Part shown: positions 26,878 to 39,627 of the stretch, piece by piece
How the letters are laid out: every line of letters begins with the position of its first letter
How positions within the stretch are numbered: the stretch's first letter is position 1
NCBI RefSeq assembly: GCF_006345805.1
Contig: NC_042997.1
Location: 158,224,001 to 158,288,000, forward strand
Length of the DNA: 64,000 bases
Reading direction: 5' to 3'
Source: Octopus sinensis
Lineage: Eukaryota
The notes under the pieces: model-generated
What the model saw: the letters and a program-made list of their open reading frames with translations, nothing else
What the model was told of the DNA's origin: nothing
The model's database searches: none
Position numbers and translations under genes: made by a program

Positions 26878-26965
26878 CTTCCGACATATGTTTCGAAGAA
26901 AACATTGGTATTATTCCAGAGGGAATAAAATGATGTAAAATAATGCGATCCTCTCATCAGGAAAA
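26878..26965 (-). ncRNA. type I hammerhead ribozyme, canonical core
   Basis: minus strand UUUUC-CUGAUGA-GAGGA-(49 nt)-UCUUC-GAAA-CAUAUG-UC/GGAAG. Confidence 0.82.
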
Positions 26966-27284
26966 CACACACACATCAGTAAGCCATTTTAACCGAATGT
27001 GATGACTGCGTATATGATGAAGGGAACGCTGGTAAGTTATTTTATTTTAAACCGATAACCGATAATGCAATTTAAAGAAAGTGGAGGAGAGAGGAGGAGA
27101 AAAAATATATCAGAAAATTAAGAGGGAAGAAATGTAGTGCGATAGGTGAATGAGAATAAAGTTTAAAAGCGTGGAAATAGTTAAATTTAGTGGAAATGAA
27201 ATGCAAGAAGACAGTTAATGGGGGAATTTTATAGATTGGTAGAAATTACTAATAGGAACTAAAGGTAGGTTTTTGCCAATGTTT

Positions 27285-27650
27285 TCAACGATAAACGCGT
27301 TCTTTAAACGTGTTTACAAGAGAATTATCTCTGAACAGGATGAGATAGAGTTCTTCGATACAGAGCGGACAGGAAGATTTACCTTTATCATGTGGAAAGG
27401 ACCTAGAAAGTATATTCCATTCCAAATCAAATTTTTTATTATGTTCATTCAGAAACCAAATTAATTTACTAAGCCGAGTATTGTTGCGTTTATTGATATG
27501 TCTAAATGTAGAGTAATGGTTAGATATTCTTTTGGACAACTGAGATGAAGGACTACCTATGTAAAAACAGACATCAGAAACGGAAATAATTTGACATTGA
27601 CAAACAGAGTTTCTAATCTTAGAATTACTGCTAAGGAAACGAATGCGATT
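27285..27650 (-). pseudogene. Penelope-type GIY-YIG endonuclease C-terminal fragment
   Basis: open frame ..NSVCQCQIISVSDVCFYIGSPSSQLSKRISNHYSTFRH..TRLSKLIWFL..FDLEWNILS..CPLCIEELYLI. Confidence 0.85.
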
Positions 27651-27737
27651 AAAAAGTAACTTGCCAGTGTTCCGTTCATCATATACTCAGTCATCACATT
27701 CAGTTAAAATGGCTTATTGATGTATGTCGCTCCTTTT

Positions 27738-27826
27738 TTTCCCATGACGAGAAGATCGCATTGTTTTACATCATTTTATTCCCTCTGGAATAATACCAAT
27801 GTTTTCTTCGAAACATATGTCGGAAG
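27738..27826 (+). ncRNA. inverted hammerhead copy with mutated core (CAUGACGA)
   Basis: tttcc-CATGACGA-GAAGA...TCTTC-GAAA-CATATG-TC-GGAAG. Confidence 0.6.
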
Positions 27827-28349
27827 TATAAAGATTTGAATAGTACCTGCGTTTAACTTCATTTCTTTATTCATCTGTTATACAAAAGTATTTAACTAAA
27901 CTCTGGAATTTTTACCTTTATACATTGGATGTATCATCTTTGTTACTTATGTGAATTTTTTGCTACCCTGGTAAGTATTTATCTATTTTTTCCGTGTTAT
28001 TTGTACATTTTGAAAATATACACCCAGCAACACATTTAATTTTGGAAGCAGATACATATATGTTCGAATAGCGAGAAATGGAAGTCAGATACCCTTGCAC
28101 TGTCTTCAAGGCTAACCAATGTCAACAAAGCATTTTTCTATTCGGCGCCTGAAGAATCAGTATCAACTCGTAATAGCGTCAACTGAAACGACTGCATCCT
28201 CCTCTGCCTGTATATTTCTATATTAAACAAAAGAAAAATATACTTACACCACTTGAAATATTTTTTTGAGAATAGACGTAGCAGTTTAATATTAAGTTAT
28301 TTGTAAAACTTTACGCTCAGTGAAATATTGAAATATGTGTCTATTTTAC

Positions 28350-28650
28350 TTACGCTACATACATATATACATACATACATACATACATACATACATACGT
28401 ATGTACGTACGTACATACATACATACGTATGTACCTACGTACATACATACATACATATATACATACATACATACTTACGTACATACATACACACATACAT
28501 ACATATATACATGCATACATAAATACATATATACTTACATATATATGTATATGCATCTAACACGCAGAAACACACATACACACAAATATTTATTTATGTA
28601 TATATATACACACACACGCGCGCACATGTATGTATGTGTATGTGTGTATG
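28350..28650. repeat. (CATA)n/(TACG)n/(AC)n microsatellite
   Basis: direct. Confidence 0.95.
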
Positions 28651-29892
28651 TTAGTTGTGTAAGAATTTCATACGCTGAGTGAAAATTAAATTAAACAAAA
28701 CAATAGATTTCAATCCCGCTACTTTGAATTATTAGCATTTGTAGAATTGCCTGTTTTCTTTATTAATGTTCATCGAAGCCCTGTAATAAGATTGATATGA
28801 GAAGATATCACTTACATATAAATTCTATTTTATTATGAATTTGCATATATTTGCTTCTTTCTATAAATCTATTTATCCATCTATCTTCATGTATATTGAT
28901 CAACGACCAAAAATACAACACGCTTAAAAAATATTTGTATTAAGTTAGACATGGCCTGGACCAATCTTTGGTCGAAACATATCTAAGATTATCTAAGTTT
29001 ATTTATTTATATGACAGACAACAATTTACAAAATTAGAAGACTGGTGCAAGCCAAAGAAGTTTCCATTACAAAAAAATCAAATGAGGAGTTCAGTATCAC
29101 TGTACTGCATCTTGAACAGCTGTTATTATCATTAGTCTGAGATCGAGCCAAGAACTGTGCATAGAATTAGATAGACGGAAACTGTTTAGAAACGCATCAG
29201 ATACACTGTACACAATGCCACTTTGCTTTTAATTGACAATTACGTTAAGGGTACACGGAACTGTACAATACTTAATTACATCGCTTGTTAATTCGATAAA
29301 TACATCGTCGAATAAATCGACAAACAACGCTCAAACGTCGAAAGTGATAGACGTGTCCCTTGAAGTGACGGACAAAATTGCCTTCCGGTATTTTGTTGTA
29401 GACCTTTGCGTTTTGACATGAACGCTAGCCAATATCAACTTCGACTTAGATTTTTCCGTGGTGAATAAAATACCGACTGATGTCGATTAAATCGTTTATA
29501 TCCATCCCAGTCTCCTGGCAGCTTCAGCTTAAGCTATAAGCCAATATTAGAACAACATGCAATACGTCTAAATTCAACGATGTACGACAGAAACTTCTGC
29601 TTGACCTATTGACTGCTAAAGTAGTGGTCACGCCTACATAGATGAATCCCAACTTATCTCCTTATACAAAAAAAAAGGATAAGAGATTTTCGATTAATGC
29701 GTACCAGAGCAACTTTAACCGAAAATGATGCGATAGACACAACTAAGAGCATTCAACTTAAGTCTGCTCAATTGGGATTAACCTGGGGCTAGAAAAAGGT
29801 ACCAAACAGATGTTGAATATGTATGTATCCATGTATGTATGCATATACTTATATACGTACATACATACATATAAATATATGCATGCATATCA

Positions 29893-30139
29893 ATGAATGT
29901 ATATGTATATATATAACTATGACAGATCGCTCTTACCTTACATGCACTATTTCTCCCCTCCTCTCTGTCCTTATTATTTTTATATATCTTTTTAGATATT
30001 TCATATATATATATATTTATATATCTTTTATATATATATATTTATATCTTTTTATTTTATTTATAGTTTTAATTGTGAATTTATTTATGTATTTATTTAT
30101 TTTTATAAATAAAAGACATGTTTAAATTGCAAGAATTGT

Positions 30140-30189
<50 letters not shown>

Positions 30190-30438
30190 ACAATTCTTGC
30201 AATTTAAAATGTCTTTTATTTATAAAAATAAATAAATACATAAATAAATTCACAATTAAAACTATAAATAAAATAAAAAGATATAAATATATAAATATAT
30301 AAAAGATATATAAATATATATATATATGAAATATCTGAAAAGATATATAAAAATAATAAGGACAGAGAGGAGGGGGAGAAATAGTGCATGTAAGGTAAGA
30401 GCGATCTGTCATAGTTATATATATACATATACATTCAT
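29893..30438. repeat. ~546-bp near-perfect palindrome with an (AT)n centre
   Basis: left arm atgaatgtatatg..gacagatcgctcttaccttacatgc..gcaagaattgtaaatt is the reverse complement of the right arm; few differences. Confidence 0.95.
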
Positions 30439-30447
30439 ATTTTAAAA

Positions 30448-30491
<44 letters not shown>

Positions 30492-30539
30492 TTTTAAAAT
30501 ATGTACATATGTATAAATATTTTGTTGGGGAATGAAGAC

Positions 30540-30800
30540 GAGGCTCATTAGCCTTGGTGAATGCAACACTTCGAGGAAGGAGAGACTGACATAAAACCAG
30601 GTCATGGTAATTACAGTTACTGAACTGGCTGCACTGTTGATAGGGGCAGACTGGGCTCCTGTTTCTAAAACGAAACCGTGATTAGGACAACCAGTATAGG
30701 AGAATAATGCTCTAAATTCGAATTGACTTACCACTGCTGGATTGCAGTATCCTTTTGGGGAAAAGCCTAGGAGAAGGAACTCCGATATCAAACCTGTAGT
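30540..30800 (+). repeat. three degenerate tandem copies of a ~100-bp unit (RTE-like leader?)
   Basis: motif ..(c)taggagaagga..ctc..atatcaaacc recurs near 30570, 30690 and 30770; family assignment from recall only. Confidence 0.35.
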
Positions 30801-31044
30801 CAATTTAGTACTAGTCATCTTGCTTTGCTTGTCACTGGAATCTACTATTTTGACCCAGAGAATGACAGGAGTATTGTACAAGCGTTTGTCACCGAAATCC
30901 AATGAAGTACAGATGTCCCCGATAAAATACTATCTTAAAAGTCATTTAAGGGCACATCAACAGAGCGACTGTACTGTGTGATGGGGTGTGGTTTTTGTGT
31001 TGTTGGGACGACTATCATCTCTCAAGATGAAGCAATCATCATCA

Positions 31045-31053
31045 TCATATATC

Positions 31054-31100
<47 letters not shown>

Positions 31101-31166
31101 TCTCTGGTATTTGTGTTTTAATATATATTTATATATATATATGTATATACATATATTTATATATAT

Positions 31167-31219
<53 letters not shown>

Positions 31220-31729
31220 CATATATGTGTATATATGCATATATATATGCGGGCATAAGTATGTATGTATCTGTATAAATATACATGTATGTATATATAT
31301 ACATGTATGTATATATATGCATACATATGTCTATATATCTTTATATATGTGTGTGTATGTGTAGCTTTTCTTACTTTACAGGAACTATTACTCCCATCCT
31401 CTCCGTCCTTATGTTTCTATAATTCTTCCGAGGAAGGACCTAAGTCTAAAATTTTAAGAAACCCCATTCCCACTTCGCAAGTGTTAGATTAAAACCTTAG
31501 TCGGCATAGGTTTTTTTCTATATTCATTTCTGTTTAATTTTTCTTATACTTCACATCATTTTTATGCTTACATCGCATGCACATACGTACGCACACACGC
31601 ACACATACGCACACACACGTATATATGTATGTATGCATGTATGTATGTAATTGTGTGAGCACGTGTATATGTATATGTGTGTATATATGTATGTATGAGT
31701 ACTTATATATATACACACACATGTATACG

Positions 31730-31775
<46 letters not shown>

Positions 31776-31790
31776 GAGTGAGAGAGAGTA
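31045..31790. repeat. compound AT/AC/GT microsatellite fields
   Basis: direct; two fields separated by ~200 bp of unique sequence. Confidence 0.9.
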
Positions 31791-34700
31791 AGTGGGAAAG
31801 AGAGACATATAGTGCTTGCACCATTACGCTACTATATACAGTATATAGTGTTGAATATAGTATTGTGACAACGGTATTCTCATGTAAAGTTTGTTATTTC
31901 TTTGCAAAACACAAATTCAAACTTACTTCGTTTTATTTATTTTTTACAGTGTAAATTTGAAAGCAAATTACAATTACATTATATCATACCAGCGCAAGAG
32001 CAGTATTTACCATAATTAGTGGGTGTGCAATGCTTGCTCAACACACCCAGAATTATGAAATACGATGAATTGATATCAGTATTCATAAAATCTGTTTACT
32101 AATTAAAACAATGAATAAATAATGAAGCAGGGGAAAAACAAGGAGTATGTATCTGTCTTTTTCAATGAAGAAAAATACTTTGTGTAAAACCTCACAGTAA
32201 TATGTGTGGAAAATTATATGAATACACACAAGCATACTTTCAAGCACATACCCCATATATTTTTATACATACGTATATGCACATACATACACTCACAAAC
32301 ATCCCCACATACAGAGACACACTCATATGTTTGCACACGTGTGTGTATATTCATTTTCATCTAATTCTACACGTATTTTTCTCTATCGTAGTTTGTACAA
32401 ATTGCATTTTCATTTTTATTTTTGCTTTAATTAGTATCCTGATTTTAAAAACAATGATATCATACATCATATTTCATAATGAAATTACTTTCAATCAGGC
32501 ATTAGAATCATGATTGAATTACTATATTTAAATTGGATGGATATGTTTTCGGATCTCTTGAACCTGTCGCCATTTTGGTATTTTTTATCGATCAGCGTCT
32601 GGTCGATATATACAGTCTTACTCTTATTTTTGGAATTATGTAATTTAATAAATCCTCTCTCCAGACATACTGAAGTTACTCAATAAGCTCGAATAAAGTC
32701 ATATCTTATGAACAAACCATTGCTATGTTGTTGCTATCCAGAATCTGACGGAGCATTGAACCTTTAAGTTTTGGCATAATCGAGCCGCCTGAAAGATTTA
32801 TGGTGAGTGAAAGATTTAGTGTGAACGGCAGACAGTGAGAAAGATAGGAGAGAATATATTGAACATTCAGGAAAGACAGAGTGACGAAGATACGAAGTCA
32901 GAAATAAAGAGACAGAGAAACATATGAAGTAATAAATAAAGGGAAATAAGTGGAGAGTGAAATACTGGGGAGGAGAAAATGGAATTATTTATAAGAAGGC
33001 TATTTCACATATAAATTTAGGTTTCTGTATTAAGTTAAAGTATAAATTGTTAACAAAATACTTGAAAAACATTTAAAACAATGAGATAATTGAAAACACA
33101 AAACTTAAAACGTTTTTCAACAAAATTATGTTAATTTTCTGCCTGAAGTTTCGCTAGTTATTTTAAAGCATATTGGAAATATGTTTGCATTGATATTCTA
33201 ATCAGAGTGTAAAGTAATCTTCCACAAAAGACAGCAAATAAACAAACTCTGTGAACAAACAAAGAATCACGTTTTTCAACATTGGATGGTAGAAAACATA
33301 TTTATAAAGAATGACGCTTCTGTCTGAATATTTTACTCGTTTGGTATTTATTTCATAGACATTGAATGATGCGGGGTGAGGCAAATGAAAGAAACTTAAA
33401 CACTGCAAATCCACTTCTATTTGTCCAACAACACTGCCTCACACACTTTTAATAACACTAATTTCGTGGCAAAAAAAACCCGTTAAAATTGCAGAAGGCG
33501 CTTGTCTGTGCATTTGTGTGTATATATGTGTGTCTGTCAAAATGAAAAAGGATATGGTAAGATTGAAAGAAATATTAATGTCAGCTATCTTACTAATCAT
33601 TGCAATAGCTAATATAGTTGTTTTGGGGAATGTTTCTTGAAGCAGGAGACTTAACTACAAAAGACTCCGTTATATAAGTCTTTGCGTGTATCCCTTCTCT
33701 CCTTAGTTTATATTTTTAATGACACCCGAATGATTCTCTTCGGCGATATGTATTATAATGGACAATGTGATAGAGAATTTATATTCCAGAATTTAGAAAT
33801 ACTGCAGGGTTTCAATTATGCATGTTATTTGAGACTCCTAATAAAGATATACACAGTTACAGTGTATTTCAGTTTCTAACTTTTGTTATTGTCTGTTTCA
33901 CAAAACTTTATTTACTGGTTTCCATTACTGAATTATGTCCATGTTATGGAGACATCCTCAAAAGATTTTCCCCGATTACATTGACCATCGTATTCATTTT
34001 ATCCATCTATTTTTATCAAGAGGATAACTTAACTGTTTTGCAACAACATTTTTTAGTAAACCGGTTGTTTCAGTGAAAGATACACAACAACACGGACACA
34101 CTAACGCATACACACACAAGCACACACATGGTGTGACTCCACACTGATGCACTCTAACAAATTCAACCGTCAAAATAAAGGTTCAGTCTAAATCATACAA
34201 GTGCACATTTACCAAAGGTTTCTTTTTGCGAAGCGAAGTTATTTATCACCCCGTGAGTAGGTCCCAAAATGACGACACTTTATGTATGTTTGGAACCAAC
34301 TCGGATTGTAAGCAACAGTAAATTAAAGTGAAAGTTTGAATGATTTGGCTTTAGACCGATGTGCACTACTGTAGTCGAATTCGAATTGTAGTGTCGTTGT
34401 GTATAGCCGTATCGTCGGACATCTACTCTTATTTTCTATTTCTTTTTCAAACTGCTAGGCTTATGACGTACTGCTTAGCCTACATTAAAATATCTTATGC
34501 TCGCTCGATGCTTTCATTTTACAGATCTTCTATTCAGATATTTCTATGTAGATTAAAACTTGGATGCATGCTATCATAAATTTCTATTTTCTACTCAAAC
34601 TTTTTGTTATTTCCATCTCCAATGTAGTTATTGATTTAAGATCCAGTATTTTGCAAGGGGACTCTTATTGGTGTGACCTGGCGTATAATTGCTCTAAATT

Positions 34701-35111
34701 TAGAAAATATGATACTAAGTGTGTCATCAATTGTCTTAACTTGTAGTTGTTTTTATTGCAAACGATTAGTTGGCTGATATCAGATAGTTGCAACATATTT
34801 CCTGTGATTATAACCCATGAAAATCGGAAATAGATGTATATTTTTACGAGTTTATATACTTAAGGTTGAGGTGCACATAAAAGGGTGATAGAAATCACGA
34901 TGTTATAGAACGTGGTTAAAATTTTACTTCATAAGGGTGCTTGTTTAGCTTTTAACAATGTGGTACCTTTGCCAGCACTCTAGATTCTCGGAACATTTGA
35001 AAATGATGCTAAGTACAATGATTCCTTATAATTTTAAGTATTGTAAGTTTGCGTTTGAGATTTCCTTAATTTTATTGTCCAAAAGAAAAGATAGACGGCA
35101 GGATGTAGTAT

Positions 35112-37710
35112 GTTTTTGCAGTTATTTTCGTACGTTTGTCTTTCAATTTGATAATCGAGTCATTCAAATTCGCGAAAAAAATTAGCGCCATGAAGTTATC
35201 ATTCAAATTCGTTTTTCGATCATTCAATTTCGCACTTCGGTCAAAGAATTTAGAATTCACATTCAAATTAAAACGCCTGTCGAGAGCATTCAAATTAGTC
35301 GGAATGCAAGGAAGCGTCTTTTCGAGCATTCAGATTCGCACGAGTGCATTCGAGTTCGGAATAAGATTATTCAATTTAGCACTAATTTTACGTGTGTGTT
35401 TTTACTCACATTCTAAGAAGTGAATGTTTAAAATAGCAAATTTAAATGACATGTTTCGCCATGCAGATTTTATTATGCTGTTGTAGCTACAAGAAATAAA
35501 TAAATTACGTGATTCTTCTGTCCACGAAAATCTTTTTCACTGCAACATTGTGTTCTTTGGTCTGTACTTACTTGGCAGTTTATTTGGAGGTAAGCGTTTT
35601 TGCTGATTGTTGAATTGTTTGGTTTTTGTTGAACTGGCTTTTAATAGTATTGTTAATTGTTTGTTAAACAATTATTGTTTTCCTCTGCGCGGAGAAACCT
35701 ACAATATGGCAAACGGGGAAAAGCAGAGCGTTGAGGAGAGGAGGTACTTGAGCGAGGAGGAGATCGAAAAGAATTGTGTAAAGAAACTTATATTAGATTC
35801 AGACGAGGAGAGAGAAAGACTAATACCGGCTACTACAAGGAGAAACATTAATGTACCAAGTTTGATGACGAAAGAGAAAGAAGAGAAAAAGAAAGAAAAA
35901 GCTAAGAAAAAGCTTGACTTTGCCGCTGTGGTAGGTGCCGCTGAGTCGGAGGAACAAGCTCGATTCCATTCAGTGGAACCATAAGAACGGGAAAGGTGGT
36001 ACTTCTACCCATATATATGGGTAGAAGGACGTCGAAGATTACAATCAGTACTATTCCCTCTGAGGTGGACCCAGAGTGCCTCGTAGTGGCAGTGACGATG
36101 GGATGGAAGATAAAATATCATTCCTGGATGTTGTTATGATGGAGCCAAGAAAATGGCATGGGAAGAGTATGGGTATTATAATTCAAGCCGAACAGACCAC
36201 ACTGGAGGAAATTATTGAGACCTTTGAGGTTGGTGAGACCCGTCTGGTTGTGACAGTAGAGGGTCGCCAGCCTCGAAGCTTCCAGTGTGGCAAGAAGAGC
36301 CATCTTAGGGTAGATTGTAAGCCCAAGGAGCTTGAAAAGAAGAAACGAAGGTAGTAGAGATTGAACCAGCGACGCCGGAGCAGAAGACACCAATACAAGT
36401 AGAAAGAACACCAATACCAGAAAAAAAGTAGGGGAGAGATGGTCTCTTGTGCAGAACAAGAGAAAAATGAAGCCACCCTCTCCTAGAAAAGAGAAAGAGA
36501 AAACATAGGCGAGGCAGATTAAGAAGCCGAGAAAACTGAAAGAAAAAAGAAAACAATTGCTACATGGCGGTTCGAATCTCGAATAGAGATCTAGTGAACC
36601 GCCCAGCAACTGTATCTGCAGAAAAATTTGAGGTAGCAGAAATTCAGAAGAAAGGGACTGAAATTTACAAAACGGAAAACTTATATTTTTGCTAATAACT
36701 TTCGTAAAGATGTTGGTGTTCCCAGGTTGGACTTTAACCCAAAAGTGTATGAGAGCCTCATCACTCCGACGATATGAGCCCGGGAAGGAGAAGAAGAGGC
36801 GGGTCCCCACCACCGCCTCTAAACACCGACTAAAAAGGTAAGTCTTTATGGCTGTTCACGTAGGTTGGAAACAAGGATATTTCCTAAATGATGTCAAAAT
36901 GGCGAGCACATGTCATACAACATGTCGCAAGACGTAACATCAACGCTATCGCTCTAGAAAATTGTGCCCGTTGGTATAGATACACCCAGACGTACCTCCC
37001 TAGATGCCTGGATCGCCTGGAAATAGACGGCTACATCCTCTCAAACGAACTCTCCTTATCAAGACTGTAAATCAATATTTATCTTAGAGTACATAGCATA
37101 CTTTCCCTGACGAAACAAATAATGCAGATCAAAAAAATATAAACTTTTCCCAACAAGACATATGCAAAGGAAGAACAGATATCACAACATAATGTATTCA
37201 AAATCTAAGAAAATAAGCATTTGTTGTAATTGTGAATTTCTTTAAAAAGATTGAAAAGGATGGAAAGCGATTTCATGAACTTTTTAACAATAACTACATG
37301 TATCAATGCAAAGAAAAAAACAAAGAAAACATAGAACAGTCATGGATATGATAGAGTGCTTAAAGCATAAAAAATGGATGAAAACACATGATTATGATAA
37401 CAATGATCACGAGAGAAAACCAAACCAACGATCGTGTAAATTTGATTGCTCGAAGTGTTAAATAGATTGCTACGAAAGGAATTTAAATGCTCGAAAAGAC
37501 GCTTCCTCGCATTCCGAATAACTTGAATGTTCTCGACGGATATTTTAATTTGAATGATGTAAATACTAAATTCTTTGACCGAAGTGCGAAATTGAATGAT
37601 CGAAAAACGAATTTGAATGACTAACTTCATGGCGCTAATTTTTTTCCTCGACTTTGAATGACCCGATTATCAAATTGAATGACAAACGTGCGAAAATAAC
37701 TGCAAAAAAC
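35112..37710. mobile_element. foldback/MITE-like element with ~220-bp subrepeated TIRs
   Basis: 35112-35330 is the reverse complement of 37486-37710; arms built from CATTCAAATT subrepeats; TSD not resolved. Confidence 0.75.
35707..36357 (+). pseudogene. decayed non-LTR ORF1 (gag-like) with zinc-knuckle remnant
   Basis: MANGEKQSVEE..; LLPIYMGRRTSKITISTIPSEVDPE; GETRLVVTVEGRQPRSFQCGKKSHLRVDC = (C>S)x2Cx4Hx4C. Confidence 0.6.
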
Positions 37711-38945
37711 CTATATTTTATGTTCCCCTCAGCTTTTTTAGGGTGGGTATTGCCACAGGTACTCGGACAGGGCAGATTGCTTGTTGCTTCAGTTTCGGTA
37801 TCTTATTGAAGTCGTAAATGTGACATGAGATATGACGTGTCTTGGTGCTGTTGTTGCAACTAATACTGCTAATGCTGTAAAATAATTTACTGCTTATATG
37901 CTTATGTAATATGCAAATGTTGCTTAGTTTACTGCTTTGCCGTGGTTTATTTTCTTCGTAATCTAGTTGCCTAACTGAACTGACGTTGAATTTATTTTTT
38001 ATTGTGAACGTTATTCCTATTTTTGCTTTATCAGGTTTCTATTTGTTGATTTGTAATTTTGGGTTTCTTCTTTTATGACGAAGGAAAGTACTTGCGATGC
38101 TATTATCTTCACCTTGTTATCTGCACTGTATTAGAAGATATTATCTGCACTGAAATTTTCCCCAAGAATGATTTTTTGGAAGAGTGTCTTGGTGATATAC
38201 TGCTTAGGGGATGTAACTGAAGTGTGTAATCTGCTGGGAAAATTGATAAAGTTAATAGTAGTGCATTTGTATTTGCTAGGTTCTTCCTTTTTATATCTAC
38301 TGCTTGTATTCATAAATCATGCACTTCTGATTTAACATATGCTATTTTTTAAATCGCTGGTGTTGTAGTTATGTGGAAGAGGTACTGGAACTGTATTAAG
38401 GTATTATGTGTATAGGTGTGGTGTTGACACGGTAGTAATATTTGTACCTCTTATTTATATTGATGATCTTGATATTATTATTGTTTGTGAAATGCGTGTA
38501 TTTATGTAAAATATTTTCAAACGGTGTTTAATTATATCTGTGAATTTCGGAAAATAACTTTTCTAAGGTTTTTAAAATCAATATCACTTCGACGAATGAC
38601 GGTTGTTTTAGAATTCATCTAAGTATACTATGAAAGTTTTTATTGTTCCTGCGAATAAAGGTTCATTACTTGATCGACGTTTGAAACCTAACCACCCTAG
38701 ATTTTGTTTGGCATGTATTCATAGAACTGATTTTCCCAGTATATGAACCCATTTTAAATACATTAGTGTGATCTGTGGAAGTTAATTGGTAGCTATTACT
38801 TGCGTAGTAGTTTTACTCTGTGACATCAAAAACGCTCAGTATTCCTTTCTCAAAGTACATCGAATTGACAAGTTCATTTCTGGAATAAGTTTCCAATTCC
38901 TTTAGCGAATTAAGTAACTAATAAATTAATAATAAATAATGAGAA

Positions 38946-39445
38946 GAAGGCGGCGAGCTGGCAGAAACGTTGGCACGCCGGGAGAAATGCGTAGCCGTAT
39001 TTCGTCTGCCCTTATGTTCTGAGTTCAAATTCCGCTGAGGTCGACTTTGCCTTTCATCATTTAGGGGGTCGATAAATTAAGTACAAGTTACCCACTGGGG
39101 TCGATGTTATCGACTTAATCCGTTTCTCTGTCCTTGTTTGTCCCCTCTATGTTTAGCCCCTTGTGGGTAATAAAGAAATAGGTACTTCGTCTGTCGTTAC
39201 GTCCTGAGTTCAAATTCCGCCGCGATCGACTTTGCCTTTCATCCTTTCGGGGTCGATTAAATAAGTACCAGTTACGCACTGGGGTCGATATAATCGACTT
39301 AATCCGTTTGTCTGTTCTTGTTTGTCCCCTCTGTGTTTAGCCCCTTGTGGGTAGTAAAAAAATAGGTATTTCGCCTGTCTTTTCGTTGTGAGCTCAAATT
39401 CCGCCGAGGTTAACTTTGCCTTTCGTCCTTCCGTGGTCGATAATT
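38946..39445 (+). mobile_element. tRNA-like SINE head followed by about 2.5 tandem copies of a ~185-bp body
   Basis: head gaaggcggcgagctggcagaaacgtt; unit starts gta(t/c)ttcg at 38997, 39182 and 39366. Confidence 0.88.
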
Positions 39446-39585
39446 GTGATAATTTAATATGAATAAAATGTTAACGTTAGTTGTTGAAAATTATTATATA
39501 TTGCTATCTGTGTATGTATCTAGCTATGCAAATGACGTAAGTATTTGGAGATATTTTCTGTTTAAAAATATTGAACAGGCCGAAG

Positions 39586-39627
39586 CCTATACTTAGATGT
39601 CTTGTTTGCAAGACATATAAGTATAGG
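39586..39627. other. 42-nt hairpin (19-bp arms, 1 mismatch)
   Basis: cctatacttagatgtcttg-tttg-caagacatataagtatagg. Confidence 0.85.

Larger units (their letters stand above)
26849..27856 (-). mobile_element. 5'-truncated Penelope-like element: GIY-YIG 3' end flanked by a sense 3' pLTR and an inverted 5' pLTR copy
   Basis: ~200-bp inverted repeats at 26849-27042 and 27652-27856, each carrying a hammerhead motif, around the GIY-YIG frame. Confidence 0.85.

Noticed and set aside
28950-28990. GACCA/TGGTC-GAAA-CATAT hammerhead-like 3' half
   Set aside because: No CUGANGA core and stem III is mismatched
35440-35520. Minus-strand GGC-GAAA-CAUG-UC
   Set aside because: No upstream core with a pairing stem II
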